20,000 nucleotides of DNA from Craspedostauros australis (lineage: Eukaryota). Positions within the stretch are counted from its first letter, which is position 1. Each line of letters starts with the position of its first letter. The translations under genes were made by a program, and so were the position numbers. The notes under the pieces are model-generated. The model worked only from the letters and a program-made list of their open reading frames with translations, searched no databases and was not told the origin of the DNA. The stretch is taken from the NCBI GenBank assembly GCA_030167865.1, contig JALAGF010004851.1, forward strand, positions 109,414 through 129,413. Reading direction: 5' to 3'. This document shows positions 17,297 to 20,000 of the stretch, one piece after another.

Positions 17297-17809
17297 GGAC
17301 GACCGGCACAGCATGGGGAGTCGAGGTACACGTAAAGATAGATTGCACCTTCATCACGATCCACAGTACGTACACTTTAGCATTCGGGCGAGTCCGTCAC
17401 GACATGATGGGTATCGTGCCACCATCCTGCGTGCCCCTTTGCCACGAGTCGTGCCCAAGTCAGAATGCCCGGTCACACGGTTCCCGGAAACGCCTTCAAA
17501 TGCAAACGTGGTACAGCCGTTGCGAAACAGTGTAGGAGTGATCCTCAGCAACACCGTTCATCGCATTGCAGGAGATGTCAATCTGGGCGACCATCGATTA
17601 CATTCATTGTATACGACTAACATTGTATTTTACTTTAATGCGTTAATGTGTTGAATGTGACATGCAAACCTTCGTAAACCGAGAGAACAGGCACTCACGC
17701 AGACTACATACATACGTAAGGATAGCATTTCCGTACATATGCAGCAAACTGAGCTAACCCATTCATGGCAGTGCGGCAGCGTGCCACCACGACCGCCATG
17801 CAGGTCGCA

Positions 17810-19156
17810 TCATCCCCCATGCCTCTTCACATGGCTGCGCAGCGTCCGAAACCGCTGGCTCACCTTCTCGCGCGCCGCCTTTGCGTCTTGCTCGACCCAA
17901 CGCCCAGACCTCATCTTCAGGAATCTCCCGCCCATATTATGCGTCCTCTCGATGACGGCCTTCTGCATCCTGGTACGCTCGGCATCCGATTTCAGCTGCT
18001 CGTAGTACCGGAACATGGAGAAGGTGTACATGATGTAATCCTTGTTGCCGGGGTGGTTGCGGCTCTGACCGCCGCGGCCATTCAGCACGTCGTTGTGATG
18101 GGGTGTCACGATGGCTTCTTCCCAGTCGTCGTCCATGTCGTTCGTCTCGGAATAGTAGGTGTAGGGGGCGGCGGAGTCGTTCATCACGTTGTTGTCGTTG
18201 CTGTTATCGCTCTCAACGGTGTCGCTATCAGTGATGTCGCTGGAGACCTGGCCCTCTTCGTCTGTCATGTCATCATAATCGTCAGTATCCTCGCTACTAG
18301 TGCAATCGTCCATATCGATGTCGCTATTGCATTCGGAAGTGTCAACATCGTCGTCCGCGCTGCCATCATCATCGTCGTCGTCGTTAACAGCAAACTCCAA
18401 GTGGATCACGTCGCTGGCATCATCTCCGGGGATCTCTTCAGCGCCATAGATTCCGCAGCTTGATGCCGACTCGGTCAGCGCGATCGTGTCCTCTTCGTTG
18501 AGATCGGCAGTCCTCTTGCCGTCGCTCATCATACTCGCGTCATCGGCATCATCTTCCGGCTTTGTCGCGGATCCACATGATTTCTTGCGGATTGAATGGG
18601 GCACCGAGGTGGTCACGCCGGGATTGACCTCGTCCTGCAACCGGTTATCTTCGTGTTGAGTCACCTTCGTCTCCTCCTCCTTCTCCCTATCCATCTGCTC
18701 GACCATGAAATCCTCGAGATCTTTGGGGCAGTCTATGAGCGCGCCGCCTTCATGTTCACAGGGTGTGCGATCCTTGTCAGAGTCGCTGGCATGTCCCCAG
18801 CGCTGTGCGTCGTTGATCGCGATCGGGGGACTGATTGTGAGCTTGGAATCGCCATCATAGACCTTTGGCGCATCTGGACGGGCACGTTGTGGTGACTCCA
18901 GGATGGTTTCCTTTTGTTTACGAAACCAATTCCTCCACTGGGCGTTTTTGCCGATATCGCACGGCACGACGATCTGGCGGGAGGGACGCGTCGGGTTGTC
19001 GAGGGCGAAGAACTTCAGGAAGATCTTGGTCTTTGCTCGCCGTTTCGTACTAACCTTGACGGTTGGTGGAGGCATGACGCCTTCGTCGGGATCTGGTCTT
19101 GCATCTGTCATTGCAGCAGAGTGCTTTTCCTCGTCGCTGTCGCAAGTCGGCTTCAT
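17810..19156 (-). CDS. DUF6824 domain-containing protein (448 aa) with a long acidic linker
   Basis: The C-terminal segment PHHNDVLNGRGGQSRNHPGN...VIERTHNMGGRFLK...W...AREKVSQRFR (approx. 18103-17845) matches the diatom-expanded DUF6824 consensus (DVLxGRG, HxGN, GGRFL, AREKVSQxxR). The ATG follows CATCAAAACC. Confidence 0.9.
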   Translation of the reverse strand: MKPTCDSDEEKHSAAMTDARPDPDEGVMPPPTVKVSTKRRAKTKIFLKFFALDNPTRPSRQIVVPCDIGKNAQWRNWFRKQKETILESPQRARPDAPKVYDGDSKLTISPPIAINDAQRWGHASDSDKDRTPCEHEGGALIDCPKDLEDFMVEQMDREKEEETKVTQHEDNRLQDEVNPGVTTSVPHSIRKKSCGSATKPEDDADDASMMSDGKRTADLNEEDTIALTESASSCGIYGAEEIPGDDASDVIHLEFAVNDDDDDDGSADDDVDTSECNSDIDMDDCTSSEDTDDYDDMTDEEGQVSSDITDSDTVESDNSNDNNVMNDSAAPYTYYSETNDMDDDWEEAIVTPHHNDVLNGRGGQSRNHPGNKDYIMYTFSMFRYYEQLKSDAERTRMQKAVIERTHNMGGRFLKMRSGRWVEQDAKAAREKVSQRFRTLRSHVKRHGG

Positions 19157-19838
19157 GGTTTTGATGGTTGCGACGATCGCATGTGCTGTGGAGTGCTTTA
19201 CTCACAGTTGTGCTTGTGTTAGCAGTGATGTTGGAGTTTGGCATTGACCAAATGATGCCTTCAATATATTCCGACGTCTTTGATCGGACTCTTCGAGAAA
19301 GGGCAATGTCGGCGACGGGAGTGAATTGTGTGATGGGCAGTGGTTGTGGCAGATGCATCGCATCGCCGCCGGTGGTAACCATCAGGTGCTAGTGTTGGGA
19401 GGTGCTTTGCACCCAAACACGGAGCCCCAGGAAGAACGCTAGATCGTCCTTGCCTTTGAGCATGTACCACAAGAACACGGCAGAGCGACGCAACAACATC
19501 TCTCGTCTCTGGTTGCATGCGCTTTTGATTTTGGTCGCATACCCATCACATCAAACTGCGCTGCGTTTCAGCGCGTCACTCTTCGCCACTCTTTCACTTG
19601 TTGCGAACAGGCGAGCACGTTGAGAACGCTGCGACAGAACAAATGGCTAGATTCTCACTGTTTTGTTGTTCCTGTTTTCGTGTGTCACGAAATGGAGAAA
19701 AGAGGTGTCGTCCCCAAATTGTGTCAGACTCTGATGGCATAAATTCGGGGGAAACTCAGACATGTATAATTCATAATAGACGGACGTGTACAACCCAATA
19801 AACGAGGAGATGTTCGATATCCATAATGACGTTTTTCT

Positions 19839-19940
19839 TGCGTCCGGACGCATTCTCTACGTAGCTTGCGTCCGGACGCAAATTGAACGCTCAGTTTGCG
19901 TCCGGACGCAAATTGGGCCAATTTGCGTGGGGACGCAAAT
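19839..19940. repeat. Array of four palindromes (core TGCGTCCGGACGCA) with a 27-30 bp period
   Basis: Perfect cores at 19839-19852, 19867-19880 and 19897-19910. A degenerate fourth, ATTTGCGTGGGGACGCAAAT, lies at 19921-19940. Confidence 0.93.
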
Positions 19941-20000
19941 GCAAGCTCGCCGAAAATACCACTTGTACTACTTAAGTCCCATGTTCCTCCACGATGTCCC

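Noticed and set aside
16050-17314. Overlapping ORFs 16050..17048(+), 16409..17314(-) and 16819..17262(+)
   Set aside because: Arg/Ser-rich alternative-frame or antisense shadows; the 16463 frame has the codon bias and motifs.
17765-18463. 232-aa Val/Ile-rich plus-strand ORF that looks like a membrane protein
   Set aside because: It is the antisense reading of GAC/GAT Asp codons in the DUF6824 acidic linker.
19839-19940. CRISPR array
   Set aside because: The repeats are 14-20 bp and the spacers 13-16 bp, far too short. There are no cas genes and the context is eukaryotic.
19788-19968. Terminal inverted repeats GTACAA...TTGTAC flanking the palindrome array
   Set aside because: Only a 6-bp match that does not extend, with no clear target-site duplication; insufficient to call a MITE.

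Overview
Eukaryotic genomic DNA, most likely from a diatom or related photosynthetic stramenopile. The evidence is a spliceosomal GT-AG intron, a bipartite signal/transit peptide with Phe at +1, a DUF6824 protein, and microsatellite-rich intergenic DNA. Seven protein-coding genes are supported: (1) a 5'-truncated inositol polyphosphate 5-phosphatase with a Lys-rich tract and a probable split C2 domain; (2) a two-exon, plastid-targeted PpiC/parvulin PPIase that the ORF track mis-translates; (3) a 1600-aa Ser/Asp-rich disordered protein with one C-terminal TM helix; (4) a signal-peptide-bearing Sec14/CRAL-TRIO protein; (5) a divergent membrane-anchored patatin-like protein; (6) an RVxF-motif hypothetical protein; (7) a DUF6824 protein. 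The most unusual non-coding structure is an array of four 14-20 bp palindromes (core TGCGTCCGGACGCA, period 27-30 bp) at 19839-19940, whose spacers are themselves self-complementary. No rRNA, tRNA, CRISPR/cas or transposase could be supported. All family assignments are from motif recognition by eye, not database searches.
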